A DNA stretch of 64,000 nucleotides, taken from NCBI GenBank assembly GCA_036272695.1, contig DATAYG010000079.1, positions 11,214-75,213 of the forward strand. Reading direction: 5' to 3'. The translations under genes were made by a program, and so were the position numbers. This DNA comes from Rhizomicrobium sp. (lineage in GTDB: Bacteria; Pseudomonadota; Alphaproteobacteria; Micropepsales; Micropepsaceae). The notes below the pieces were generated by a model that did not search any database, had not been told where the DNA came from, and saw only the letters and a program-made list of their open reading frames with translations. Below are positions 49,836-59,831 of the stretch, piece after piece; position 1 is the stretch's first letter, and each line of letters starts with the position of its first letter.

Positions 49836-51490
49836 ACTGGCTGGAAGAACTGATACGTCCCGACTTGCGCTCATTGGCCCCCTATCGCTCCGCGCGCAGC
49901 GAAGGCGATGCACTGCCGATAAGCATCGACGCCAACGAATTTCCCTGGCCGCCCTTCGGCTCCGCAGCCGCACATTGGAAGCCCAACCGATATCCGGAAG
50001 CGCAACCCCGAGAACTCGTCCGGCGCCTGACCGAAATCTGGAATGCCGGTCCCGATTCCATCTTGCTGACACGCGGCAGCGATGAAGGAATCGACATGCT
50101 GTTGCGACTGTTTTGTCGGGCCGGCCGCGATCAGGTCCTTATCTGTCCGCCCACTTACGGGATGTACAGTGTAGCGGCCGGCATACAGGGCGCAGATGTT
50201 CTCGAAATCCCGTTGACGCACGATTGGCAGCTTGATGTTGCCGTCATCATCGAGGCCTGCACGCCGGCAACAAAGCTGATCTTCATTCCGTCGCCCAATG
50301 CTCCGATGGGGCATTTGATGGCGCGCGCGGACATACTTGCCCTCTGCATGGCACGCGCCGGCAAGAGCCTCGTCGTCATCGACGAGGCCTATGTCGAATT
50401 CACGCTCACGCCCGAGGGATTGCTGCCGGACCTCGCGCGTTGCTCGAATCTCGTCGTGCTTCGGACCCTCTCTAAGGCGCACGCGCTCGCGGGTGAGCGC
50501 ATCGGCGCAGTGATCGCAGCACCTGGCCTGATCAATAATCTACAGAAGATTCTCGCGCCCTACCCGCTTGCACGGAGCAGCATCGGCGTGGCGCTTGATG
50601 CTCTCGGCCCGAACGGATTCATACAAAACGCCGAGCGCCGGCGGCTGCTGATTTCCGAGCGGGAGCGGATGGCGGAGCTTCTTCCGCAGTCGCCATGGAT
50701 CAAAAGCATATTCCCCAGCGTCGCAAATTTTGTCCTGGTGCGGACAGCAAGCTCCGAATCTCTTGTCCGGCATCTCCGGCAATTCGGCATTCTGGCGCGC
50801 GCCCGAAATCGCGATATCCCCGATACGGTGCGCCTGTCGGTCGGAACGCCGGAAGAGAACGACGTCGTGCTGCAGGCGCTTGACATCGGGATCGGCCAAA
50901 CGGCGCGTCAGCCACAGAGGCTCTTCTCCATCAGGCGCAGGACGAAGGAAACGGCCATTGATGTCACGGTCAATCTGGACGGGCGCAGCTTTCTCAGGAT
51001 CAACAGCGGGATCGGCTTTTTCGACCACATGCTGTCGCAGCTTGCGATGCATGGCGGTTTCGGGCTGGAGCTGCATTGCAACGGCGACCTCGAAATCGAC
51101 CAGCATCATACAATCGAAGACAGCGCGCTTGCGCTGGGCGAGGCGCTAAAGAATGCGCTCGGCACCAAGACCGGTATCGCACGCTTCGGCTTTAATGCGC
51201 CGCTGGATGAGGCGATGGCACAGGTCACAGTCGATCTGTGCGGGCGGCCTTATCTTGTATTTGCCGGTGTTCTACCGGCCGAGAACATCGGTCAGATGAG
51301 CTCGGAAATGGTGCCCCATTTCTTCCGGTCGCTGGCAACCGCGCTTGGCGCAACCATTCACATCAGCGTTCAGGGCGCGAATACCCATCACATGGCCGAA
51401 GCAATCTTCAAGGCGACGGGACGCGCCCTGCGCCAGGCGTTCCGGCACGAGGGCCGCTCCGGCGTCCCGTCGACCAAGGGCGTGTTATGA
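49832..51490 (+). CDS. HisC-HisB fusion: histidinol-phosphate aminotransferase + imidazoleglycerol-phosphate dehydratase
   Basis: N-part: NRYP, RGSDEGID, VIDEAYVEF, RTLSKAHALAGERIG. C-part: RRTKETAI, FFDHML, DQHHTIED, NTHHMAEAIFKA, PSTKGVL. One 552-aa ORF with no internal stop. Confidence 0.9.
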   Translation: MNWLEELIRPDLRSLAPYRSARSEGDALPISIDANEFPWPPFGSAAAHWKPNRYPEAQPRELVRRLTEIWNAGPDSILLTRGSDEGIDMLLRLFCRAGRDQVLICPPTYGMYSVAAGIQGADVLEIPLTHDWQLDVAVIIEACTPATKLIFIPSPNAPMGHLMARADILALCMARAGKSLVVIDEAYVEFTLTPEGLLPDLARCSNLVVLRTLSKAHALAGERIGAVIAAPGLINNLQKILAPYPLARSSIGVALDALGPNGFIQNAERRRLLISERERMAELLPQSPWIKSIFPSVANFVLVRTASSESLVRHLRQFGILARARNRDIPDTVRLSVGTPEENDVVLQALDIGIGQTARQPQRLFSIRRRTKETAIDVTVNLDGRSFLRINSGIGFFDHMLSQLAMHGGFGLELHCNGDLEIDQHHTIEDSALALGEALKNALGTKTGIARFGFNAPLDEAMAQVTVDLCGRPYLVFAGVLPAENIGQMSSEMVPHFFRSLATALGATIHISVQGANTHHMAEAIFKATGRALRQAFRHEGRSGVPSTKGVL

Positions 51491-52080
51491 TCGCCCTTGT
51501 AGATAGCGGCGTCGCCAATCTCGCGTCCGTCCTCGCAGCCCTCTCCCGTCTTGGCCATAGCGCCGAAGTAACGGCCAATCCGGGATTTGTACGACGTGCC
51601 GACCGGATCATCCTGCCCGGCGTCGGCGCCGCCGCCGCGGCCATGGAGCAGCTGCGCAAAAGGGGTCTCGTCGATGCTCTGCGCGTGGTGAACCAGCCGG
51701 TTCTCGGTATCTGTCTCGGCATGCAGCTCCTTTTCGCCCGGTCGGACGAAGGAGAAGGCGTTGATTGTCTTGGCGTCATCCCGGGAAGGATAAAGCCGCT
51801 GAAAGCCCTGCGGGCCTATCCGATCCCGCATATGGGCTGGAACCGTATTCGCGTCGACGGGGCCGGGCATCCATTGCTGCGCGGCATTGCCGACGGCACC
51901 TTCATGTATTTCGCGCACAGTTTTGCCGCGCCGAAAGGTCGCCACGCTTTGGCGTTCGCCGAGCATGGCGAACAGTTCCCCGCTGTGGTCGCTCATGGAA
52001 ATTATATCGGCTGTCAGTTCCATCCGGAACGTTCAGGAGCGCCGGGGCTCAAACTGATCGAAAATTTCCTTGGCCTGTGA
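51487..52080 (+). CDS. hisH: IGP synthase glutaminase subunit
   Basis: ILPGVG, GICLGMQ, PHMGWN, YFAHSF, QFHPERS. Start ATG 51487. Confidence 0.95.
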   Translation: MIALVDSGVANLASVLAALSRLGHSAEVTANPGFVRRADRIILPGVGAAAAAMEQLRKRGLVDALRVVNQPVLGICLGMQLLFARSDEGEGVDCLGVIPGRIKPLKALRAYPIPHMGWNRIRVDGAGHPLLRGIADGTFMYFAHSFAAPKGRHALAFAEHGEQFPAVVAHGNYIGCQFHPERSGAPGLKLIENFLGL

Positions 52081-52081
52081 T

Positions 52082-52825
52082 ATGGACATTATTCCGGCCA
52101 TCGATCTCAGGAATGGCCAGTGCGTGCGCCTGACCCGGGGAGACTTCTCGCAAATCGAAGTCTACGAGAGAGATCCGATCCTGCAGGCGCTGCGCTTCGC
52201 ACAAGCGGGCGCGCAATGGCTTCATATCGTCGATCTCGACGGTGCGAGGGAAGGCGGCAGCCGGCAGCGCGATATAATAGAGCGCATGGCACAAAGCGTT
52301 CCGCTGAAATTGCAGGTCGGCGGCGGCATACGCGATGAAATCGATTTGAAGGCATTGCTCGACCGCGGCATTGAACGCGTCGTGATCGGCAGCCTCGCCG
52401 TTCAGGCGCCGGCGCGCGTCAGGGATTGGCTCCGGCGTTTCGGATCCGCCCGCATCGCTGTGGCTCTCGATGTGCGCCCGGATGAAAGGGGCGAACCGCG
52501 GGTTCTTACCCAGGCCTGGCAAAAAGAAACCGGTACCAGCCTGTGGGCGCTTCTGGACATTTATGAGAATGACGGTCTCAAGACGGTTCTCTGCACCGAT
52601 GTCGGGCGCGACGGAATGTTGGCCGGACCAAACCTTGAACTGTATCGGAGAATTCACAGCCTGAACCCCAAACTTGAACTTCTTGCGTCAGGAGGCGTGA
52701 GGAATGTCGATGATTTGAACGACCTGGCGCAACTCGGCATAAGCGGCGCAATCATCGGCAAAGCCATCTACGCGGGGCATGTCGACCTCGCCGGCGCGAT
52801 AATGCAGGTCAAGCATGCTTGCTAG
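52082..52825 (+). CDS. hisA: ProFAR isomerase
   Basis: [49 protein letters not shown]. Confidence 0.95.
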   Translation: MDIIPAIDLRNGQCVRLTRGDFSQIEVYERDPILQALRFAQAGAQWLHIVDLDGAREGGSRQRDIIERMAQSVPLKLQVGGGIRDEIDLKALLDRGIERVVIGSLAVQAPARVRDWLRRFGSARIAVALDVRPDERGEPRVLTQAWQKETGTSLWALLDIYENDGLKTVLCTDVGRDGMLAGPNLELYRRIHSLNPKLELLASGGVRNVDDLNDLAQLGISGAIIGKAIYAGHVDLAGAIMQVKHAC

Positions 52826-53582
52826 GCGCATCATCCCCTGCCTCGACGTCAGAGACGGCGTGGTCGTCAAGGGCGTCAAATTCCGCAATCATGAGGTCGT
52901 GGGCGACATCGTCGATCTTGCATGGCGCTATCGGGACGAAGGCGCCGACGAACTTGTGCTTTACGATATCACCGCGAGCAGCGACGGGCGCAGTGTGGAT
53001 CGAAGCTGGATCGCGCGTATCGCAGCGGTCCTCGACATACCCTTTTGCGTCGCGGGCGGCATTCGCAGCATCGAAGATGCGCGCGGAATACTGGCCCGGG
53101 GCGCCGACAAAATCTCGATCAACTCGCCGGCGCTCGAAAATCCCGATCTGATCGACAAATTGGCAGATGAGTTCGGCAGCCAGTGCGTAGTGGTCGGAAT
53201 CGACAGCCGCCGGATCGGCAGCGAGTATCGCGTCCATCAATATACCGGCGATGTCGCGCGCACGCGGACGACGCCGCGCAACACGCTGGCATGGGCAGCG
53301 GAAGCCGAGAGGCGCGGCGCAGGCGAGATCGTGCTGAACTGCATGGACAAGGACGGCACGCGCGACGGATATGACATCGTACAGCTACGCGCCCTACGCG
53401 ATACCATCTCGATTCCACTCATCGCCTCCGGCGGTGCGGGAAGAAGGGAACATTTCCTGGAGGCATTCCGCGAGGGGCGGGTCGATGGAGCTCTGGCGGC
53501 CGGCATTTTTCACCGGCGCGTCGTTACGATCGAAGACGTGAAGCATTATCTCGCGCAACAGGAAATAGTCGTGCGGATATGA
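52815..53582 (+). CDS. hisF: IGP synthase cyclase subunit
   Basis: [52 protein letters not shown]. Confidence 0.96.
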   Translation: MLARRIIPCLDVRDGVVVKGVKFRNHEVVGDIVDLAWRYRDEGADELVLYDITASSDGRSVDRSWIARIAAVLDIPFCVAGGIRSIEDARGILARGADKISINSPALENPDLIDKLADEFGSQCVVVGIDSRRIGSEYRVHQYTGDVARTRTTPRNTLAWAAEAERRGAGEIVLNCMDKDGTRDGYDIVQLRALRDTISIPLIASGGAGRREHFLEAFREGRVDGALAAGIFHRRVVTIEDVKHYLAQQEIVVRI

Positions 53583-54211
53583 CCTCCATTACTTGCGCAG
53601 CCGAGGTGGATGCCGTCGATTGGGCGAAAGGCGGCGGGCTGGTTCCCGCCATTGTGCAGGACGTTCCGTCGCTGCGCGTTCTCATGCTCGGATATATGAA
53701 TCGGGCCGCCCTGCAGCAGACGCTGGAAACGAGACACGTCACCTTCTACAGCCGCGGCAAACACCGGCTGTGGGAAAAAGGCGAAACCTCCGGCAATACC
53801 CTGGTCTGCCGGGAAATCAGGCTGGACTGCGATCGCGACACGTTGCTGGTGTTGGCCGAACCGAACGGGCCCACTTGTCATCTGGGTACGCCGACCTGCT
53901 TTGGCGATCACGCGTCACCGGGACTTGCCATATTGGCCGATCTGGCGGCCACGATCCGGCAGCGACGTCGCGACGCGCCTGCCGACAGTTACACGGCCAC
54001 GCTCTTTGCATCCGGTATGCGGCGGATCGCGCAGAAGGTCGGCGAAGAAGGTGTCGAAGTGGCCCTGGCGGCCGGAAACGCGGAAGAACTCGCTGCGGAA
54101 TCCGCCGATCTGCTTTATCATCTGCTGGTCCTGCTCGAAGCGGGTGGCGTCAGCCTGCAGGATGTGATGACTGTCCTTCGCGATCGGGCGCAGACCAGGG
54201 GACCGTCCTGA
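53579..54211 (+). CDS. hisIE: Bifunctional PR-AMP cyclohydrolase / PR-ATP pyrophosphatase
   Basis: [36 protein letters not shown]; SYTATL...[10 protein letters not shown]...ADLLYHL. Confidence 0.95.
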   Translation: MTSITCAAEVDAVDWAKGGGLVPAIVQDVPSLRVLMLGYMNRAALQQTLETRHVTFYSRGKHRLWEKGETSGNTLVCREIRLDCDRDTLLVLAEPNGPTCHLGTPTCFGDHASPGLAILADLAATIRQRRRDAPADSYTATLFASGMRRIAQKVGEEGVEVALAAGNAEELAAESADLLYHLLVLLEAGGVSLQDVMTVLRDRAQTRGPS

Positions 54212-54213
54212 CG

Positions 54214-54999
54214 ATGGATTACGGGCGTGAGTTTGCCGGCTTTTTCGACCGGATGGCCGACGCAGCGGGTGAAATTGCGCTGAGATATTTCCGCACCGAT
54301 GTCGCCATCGACGAGAAAGATGACCATTCCCCGGTCACGCAAGCAGATCGCGAGATCGAAGCCAAGCTGCGGGCCATGATTGGGGCGGAGCATCCGTCGC
54401 ATGGCATCGTGGGCGAAGAATACGGAAGCGAACACGAAGACGCCGAATTCATCTGGTACATCGATCCCATCGACGGCACGAAATCCTTTGCCATCGGGCG
54501 CCCGTTGTTTGGTACCATCATCGGGCTCACCCATGCGGGCCAGCCGGTCGCCGGCGTCGTCGATCAGGCTTTCACCAGGGAGCGCTGGTTCGGTATCACC
54601 GGCGCTTTCTGCACGCATAATGGCAGGCGCGTGACGGTTGCCGCGCCGCGCGACCTGAAGGAGGCGCGCCTCTATGTCGGTTCGCCTTCAACCTTTCGCG
54701 ACAAGATCTGTTTCACCGGCTATGAATCACTCTGCCAAGCGGCAAAATGGACGCAGTACAGCGGCGATTGCTACGCCTATGGCCTTCTGGCATCCGGCTG
54801 GATCGATCTGATCGTCGAATGCGATCTCAAGGCGCATGATGTCGTCGGTATCGTCCCCATCGTCAGCGGCGCGGACGGCTTCATTAGCGACTGGGCCGGA
54901 CGCGGCGTCGACGCCGCTACGGACGGCACCGTCGTCGCTGCAAGTTCGAAACAGCTGGCGATGGACGCTTTGCGCATAATGGGAAGCCGATCGCGCTGA
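54214..54999 (+). CDS. hisN: Inositol-monophosphatase-family histidinol-phosphatase
   Basis: SPVTQADRE, IVGEEYG, WYIDPIDGTKSF, GDCYAYG, DWAG; last gene of the his operon. Start ATG 54214. Confidence 0.85.
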   Translation: MDYGREFAGFFDRMADAAGEIALRYFRTDVAIDEKDDHSPVTQADREIEAKLRAMIGAEHPSHGIVGEEYGSEHEDAEFIWYIDPIDGTKSFAIGRPLFGTIIGLTHAGQPVAGVVDQAFTRERWFGITGAFCTHNGRRVTVAAPRDLKEARLYVGSPSTFRDKICFTGYESLCQAAKWTQYSGDCYAYGLLASGWIDLIVECDLKAHDVVGIVPIVSGADGFISDWAGRGVDAATDGTVVAASSKQLAMDALRIMGSRSR

Positions 55000-55009
55000 T
55001 CGAACGTTC

Positions 55010-55900
55010 TTATCTGCTCCCGTGCCGCAGTTCGTCGGCCAGCGCCAATACTCGCCGCGCCTGCTTCAGATGAGGGATATCGAGCATGCGGCCCTCGAGT
55101 TGCAGCGTCCCGGCACCGGGATTAGCGGCGAACAGGTCGCACACGCGGCGGGCATGCGCGATTTCGGCCTCCGTGGGCGAGAACGCCTGATTGATGATTT
55201 CAACCTGGTCGGGATGAATCGCGAGCTTGCCGCGGAAGCCGTCGCGCCGGGCTTCGTCACAGACCCGTTTCAGGCCAGCGGAATCGCCGATGCCCATATG
55301 CGCCCCGTCGATCGGCTCCACTTCGGCGGCCGCAGCTGCGGCCAGGCACAACGCGCGCGCCATCCGGTAGAGCAGCGTGCGTTCTCCGCTTTCATCGCTG
55401 TTCGAGGACGCACCAACCGCTGCGGCGAGGTCTTCCGCGCCCCAGGTCAATCCGGCAAGGCGGGGCGTCGATTTCGAATAGGTTCCAAGTCCGAACATCG
55501 CCGCGCCGGTTTCGGTGGCGATTACGACGACCTTTATCCCCCCGCGCGGCAGTCCCTCGCTGACTTCGAGTGCGCTCAAGTAATGATCAAGAACGGCCAC
55601 ATCCTGGGCGCCTGGCGCTTTGGGAAGCACGACTCCGTCGGGACGCCCGGGAATGATTGCCGCCAAGTCCGTCAAAGCTTCCACGGTGTCGAGCGGATTG
55701 ATCCGTACCCAGAGCCGCCGCGCGCGCGGGCCCGGATGCGCGAGCAGATATTCGCGCAGCGTGTCGCGCGCCAGCGTCTTGCGCTCCGCGGCCACCGAGT
55801 CCTCGAGATCGAGGATCAGCGCGTCGGCGGCGCTTTCCGCGACCTTGGCGAGTTTCTTCTCGCTGTCGCCCGGAACGAACAGCAGGGAGCGGAGCGTCAT
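55010..55900 (-). CDS. CitE/HpcH-family CoA-ester lyase
   Basis: RSLLFVPGD, DALILDLEDSV, WVRIN, WGAEDL, GKLAIHPDQV. Confidence 0.9.
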   Translation of the reverse strand: MTLRSLLFVPGDSEKKLAKVAESAADALILDLEDSVAAERKTLARDTLREYLLAHPGPRARRLWVRINPLDTVEALTDLAAIIPGRPDGVVLPKAPGAQDVAVLDHYLSALEVSEGLPRGGIKVVVIATETGAAMFGLGTYSKSTPRLAGLTWGAEDLAAAVGASSNSDESGERTLLYRMARALCLAAAAAAEVEPIDGAHMGIGDSAGLKRVCDEARRDGFRGKLAIHPDQVEIINQAFSPTEAEIAHARRVCDLFAANPGAGTLQLEGRMLDIPHLKQARRVLALADELRHGSR

Positions 55901-56355
55901 TCCGGCGCCGCCTTCTTGTACATCAGCGCCGAACGCAGGCAGGTTCCCACGATCTCGCCCCGCTGATTATAACAGACATGCCTGAACACGACGATGCCGG
56001 TGTCGGGCCGCGACTTGCTCTCGCGCTTCTCCACAACTGTCGTTTCGACATGCAGCGTGTCGCCGACGAACACCGGCTTCGGGAAACGGACCTCGTCCCA
56101 CCCCAGATTGGCGACGGTGGTGCCGAGGGTGGTGTCGCCGACCGTGACGCCGGTCATGAAGCCGAGCGTCCAGGTGCTATTGACGAGCGGGCGGCCATAG
56201 GGCGTCGATTTGCAATATTCCGCGTCAAGATGAATCGCCGCGGGATTGTGCGTGAGCGTCGTGATCAGCACATTGTCGGTTTCGGTGACCGTCCGGCGGA
56301 TTTCGTGTCTGAAAACACGCCCGACCTCGAATTCCTCGTACCAGAGACCCGCCAC
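55897..56355 (-). CDS. MaoC-family dehydratase
   Basis: GLWYEEFEVG...RTVTETDN...THNPAAIHLD...NLGWDEVRFPKPVFVGDTL. Start GTG 56355 (GAGGG upstream). Confidence 0.88.
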   Translation of the reverse strand: MAGLWYEEFEVGRVFRHEIRRTVTETDNVLITTLTHNPAAIHLDAEYCKSTPYGRPLVNSTWTLGFMTGVTVGDTTLGTTVANLGWDEVRFPKPVFVGDTLHVETTVVEKRESKSRPDTGIVVFRHVCYNQRGEIVGTCLRSALMYKKAAPE

Positions 56356-56602
56356 AACCTGCCCTCTTCGACCGCCCTGCGCGACTACGCCCGCACGGCA
56401 CAACATTCCAGCCTGCGACTGGTCTGGCAAGGACGGCCCGATCATTCTCAAGCCGGCCGCCGCATGCGACCAAAACGTAAACAAAAAACCATACCTGCAA
56501 TTTTAACAGCGACTATCCGGTATTATGGCGCGCAAACCTCGGCGCGCTTCATTCTGCCGCTGTCGGAACGCGGAGACTCGGACAGGCGAAAAAGGAATAA
56601 TG

Positions 56603-56681
56603 AACCGCAAAGGCGCCAAGCATGCGAAGGGTTCCCGGCGCGCCTTCGCGCGAAATCTTCTTCCTGGCGCCTTGGCCGTTC
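56603..56681. repeat. Degenerate palindromic element, copy C (same family as A/B)
   Basis: AACCGCAAAGGCGCCAAG...GCGCGCCTTCGCGCG...CTGGCGCCTTGGCCGTT. Confidence 0.45.
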
Positions 56682-56786
56682 TTCTCTGTGCGATGACGCT
56701 GCCGGCCGGGCGAGGTGGATAAGGACACCGTGACGGGAGGAGAAAAAACGCAGTTGTGGAGGGAAATGATAATGATGGGGGATAAC

Positions 56787-58979
56787 ATGCGTCTGCTCGC
56801 GGCTGTCGGAGTAGCAATCATGCTTGTGTCCGGGGTTGCCGTGACGGCAAAGGGATCATGCTTCGAGGATGTGGCCGCGACGCGTTCCTGGTCCCTCGGC
56901 ATTCCCATCAAGCCAATGCCGACGCCCGACGGCAAGGCCATACTGTATCTGCGCAGCGGTCCCAGAGACACCGTGCAGCGGCTCTATGAATATGACCTCG
57001 AGACCGGCCACGAGCGCGAACTGGTTACCCCTGAGGCGCTGCTCGGCGGAAAGCCGGAACAGCTGAGCGCCGAAGAGAAGGCGCGGCGTGAACGCGCGCG
57101 TGTCAGCGTGGCGGGTTTCACCGATTTCGAACTGTCGCGCGATGGCCGCCGCGTGCTCGTTTCGCTCGACGGACGGCTTTACGCGGTCGAACGGCCGGGC
57201 GCAGTAATTACTCCGCTGCCGGGCGAGGGCTTCATCGCGCCGCGGCTCTCGCCGGACGGAATGCGGGTCGCCGCGGTCCGCGACCACGATCTGCACATCC
57301 TCGACATCGCGAGCCGCGCGGATCGCGCCCTCACGCAGGGCGGAAGCGACACGCTGCTGCACGGCGAGGCGGAATTCGTCGCCCAGGAAGAGATGGATCG
57401 CCGAGACGGTTTCTGGTGGTCGCCGGATTCGCGCTTTCTAGCCTACGAGGAGGCCGATCTCTCGCCGGTCGAGATTCATTACGTCGCCGATCCGTTGCAT
57501 CCTCAATCCCCGCCGGTCGCGTTCCGCTATCCGCGCGCCGGCAATGCGAATGCCAATGTTCGCCTCGGCATCATCGCCGCGGACGGCGGACCGACGGTAT
57601 GGGCGCATTGGGACGAACGCGCTTTTCCTTATCTCGCGCGCGTCGCATGGCAGAAAGGCGGCCCGCTGACGATCCTGGTGATGAACCGGAGGCAGACCGA
57701 AGAACAATTGCTTTCGGTCGACGTGAAAACCGGCGCGACGCGTCTACTCTGGACCGAGCGCGATCAAGACTGGCTGGAGCTGCCGCCTCCAGAACCGTTT
57801 GAGCTGCCCCACTGGCTCACGGACGGCAGCGGATTCCTGTGGGCCAGCGAAAGGAATGGGGACTGGCAGCTCGAGCTTCACGGCGCGGACGGCGCTTTGA
57901 AGAACGCCATCACGCCGGCCGGCTTCCGCTTCGATGCGATTGTCGATGTCGATCCCGCCTCTGCAAGTGTGGTCGTTGAGGGCGGCACCGACAGGCTCTC
58001 GCGCGGGCTTTACCGCGTGCCGTTCGCAGGCGGCGCGCCCGCGCCGCTTGCGGCTGCGCCCGGCATCAATATGGGCGAATTCGGCCATCAGCATGCGGTG
58101 TTTGCGCATACTTATAATCTCGCAGACGGCAGCCAGGGCGCGGATGTACGCCGCGCCGATGGAAGTCTGCTCGCGACGTTGCCCGCAAAGGCGGCGGTGC
58201 CGCCCGCCCTGCCCGTTATCACTTACACGACAGCGGGGCCGCTCGGCTTCGATGCGCAAATCGTCCGTCCAAGGAATTTCGCCACGGGTACGAAGTATCC
58301 CGTCATTCTTTCCGTATACGGAGGACCTGCGGCAAAGCTCGTGTGGGCGGCGCCGCGCCTCGCCTTCCCGAACCAGTGTCTGGCCGATGAGGGCTTCATC
58401 GTCGCCACGCTCGACAATCGCGGCACGCCCGGTCGGGGGCGGGACTGGTTCCGCACGATCAAGGACAATGCGATCGACATACCGCTCGCCGACCAGGTCG
58501 CGGGACTTCAGGCGCTCGGCGCGAAATATCCCGAGATGGATCTTTCCCGCATCGGCGTCACCGGCTGGTCCTTCGGCGGCTATTTCACGGCGATGGCGGT
58601 GCTCCGCCGCCCCGATATCTTTGCTGCCGGCGTCGCCGGCGCGCCGGTGGTCGACTGGCAGGATTACGACACGTTCTACACGGAACGTTACATGGGCCTG
58701 CCGCAGGACAACGAAGCCGGCTACCGCGCCAGCAATGCACTTACTTACGCGGACCGGCTCGCGCGTCCGCTCCTCATCGTTCACGGCGTCACCGACGACA
58801 ATGTCTATTTCGAGCACACCATGAAACTCACGCTGGCGTTGCTCAAGGCCGGCAAGCCCTATGAGCTGATGCTGCTTCCCGGCACCCACATGCTCGCCGA
58901 CCCCAAACTCCGCGCCAGCGAAAGCGCCCGCCTTGCGGACTTCTTCCGCAAGCATCTGGGCGTGCCGCAGCCTCGCTGA
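56787..58979 (+). CDS. S9B dipeptidyl-peptidase IV-like serine peptidase
   Basis: Signal peptide; AQEEMDR..GFWWSPD, YPRAG, GWSFGG nucleophile, HGVTDDNV, LPGTH. Confidence 0.9.
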   Translation: MRLLAAVGVAIMLVSGVAVTAKGSCFEDVAATRSWSLGIPIKPMPTPDGKAILYLRSGPRDTVQRLYEYDLETGHERELVTPEALLGGKPEQLSAEEKARRERARVSVAGFTDFELSRDGRRVLVSLDGRLYAVERPGAVITPLPGEGFIAPRLSPDGMRVAAVRDHDLHILDIASRADRALTQGGSDTLLHGEAEFVAQEEMDRRDGFWWSPDSRFLAYEEADLSPVEIHYVADPLHPQSPPVAFRYPRAGNANANVRLGIIAADGGPTVWAHWDERAFPYLARVAWQKGGPLTILVMNRRQTEEQLLSVDVKTGATRLLWTERDQDWLELPPPEPFELPHWLTDGSGFLWASERNGDWQLELHGADGALKNAITPAGFRFDAIVDVDPASASVVVEGGTDRLSRGLYRVPFAGGAPAPLAAAPGINMGEFGHQHAVFAHTYNLADGSQGADVRRADGSLLATLPAKAAVPPALPVITYTTAGPLGFDAQIVRPRNFATGTKYPVILSVYGGPAAKLVWAAPRLAFPNQCLADEGFIVATLDNRGTPGRGRDWFRTIKDNAIDIPLADQVAGLQALGAKYPEMDLSRIGVTGWSFGGYFTAMAVLRRPDIFAAGVAGAPVVDWQDYDTFYTERYMGLPQDNEAGYRASNALTYADRLARPLLIVHGVTDDNVYFEHTMKLTLALLKAGKPYELMLLPGTHMLADPKLRASESARLADFFRKHLGVPQPR

Positions 58980-58982
58980 AAT

Positions 58983-59693
58983 ATGTGTCGTGTCTCGCAG
59001 TTCACTGCCCTTTGCCAGCAGCAGGACTGCACCGACGGCCAGAATCTGAAAGCTGCTCCGATCGCTGTGAAGGGCACTCTCTACGGCACGACTGCTTTTG
59101 GCGGCATTGGTGGCGGCCTGGGCGGCGGTGGCGGTGGCGTGATGTTTTCGATCGATCCGACCACCGGAACGGAGAAACCGCTCTATGCCTTTTGCCGTCT
59201 CGACAATTGCCAGGACGGCGGAAATCCTCGTGGAAGCGTGATCGATGTGAACGGCACGATGTTCGGCGTGACCTCAGGGGGCGGGGCACAGGGGGCGGGG
59301 CACAGGGGGCGGCGGCTATGGTTGCGGGACGGTGTTTTCCATCGACCAGAATACCGGTGCAGAGAAGGTGATTCATTCGTTTTGCAGTCAGCAGAACTGC
59401 ACTGACGGCGCGACGCCCTTCGCCAGTTTGACCGCAGTGAAAGGCGTGCTGTACGGCACAACCCAAAATGGCGGCATTGCGGGCTGCGGCAACTATGGGT
59501 GCGGCACAGTGTTCTCCACGATCCGAATACAGGCGCCGAGAAGGTGCTCTATTCCTTTTGCAGCCTGACGAATTGCACGGACGGCGCGACCCCCTTTGCG
59601 AACTTGATCGCCGTGAACGGCGTACTGTATGGCACCACGTATACCGGAGGCACTAATGGAGACGGCGCGGTATTCGCCCTCATGAAGCGTTGA
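58983..59693 (+). pseudogene. GloVer (TIGR03803-type) tandem-repeat protein, 5'-truncated and frameshifted
   Basis: Repeats LYGTT..GG...GTVFSID..TG.EKV.YSFC...C.DG..P spread over three frames; the first shift coincides with a 14-bp tandem duplication GCGGGGCACAGGGG (59281-59308). Confidence 0.75.
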
Positions 59694-59831
59694 GCGCAGT
59701 CGTCAACAAATCATGACTTCAGCAGCAAAGATGCGCGGGCCCATTTGACGTGCGGGGGCGGATACCCGTACCCGACACTGCTATCTTGTTCGTGCACGTA
59801 TCGCCAACAGAAAAATCAGCCGTGCCAGAGA

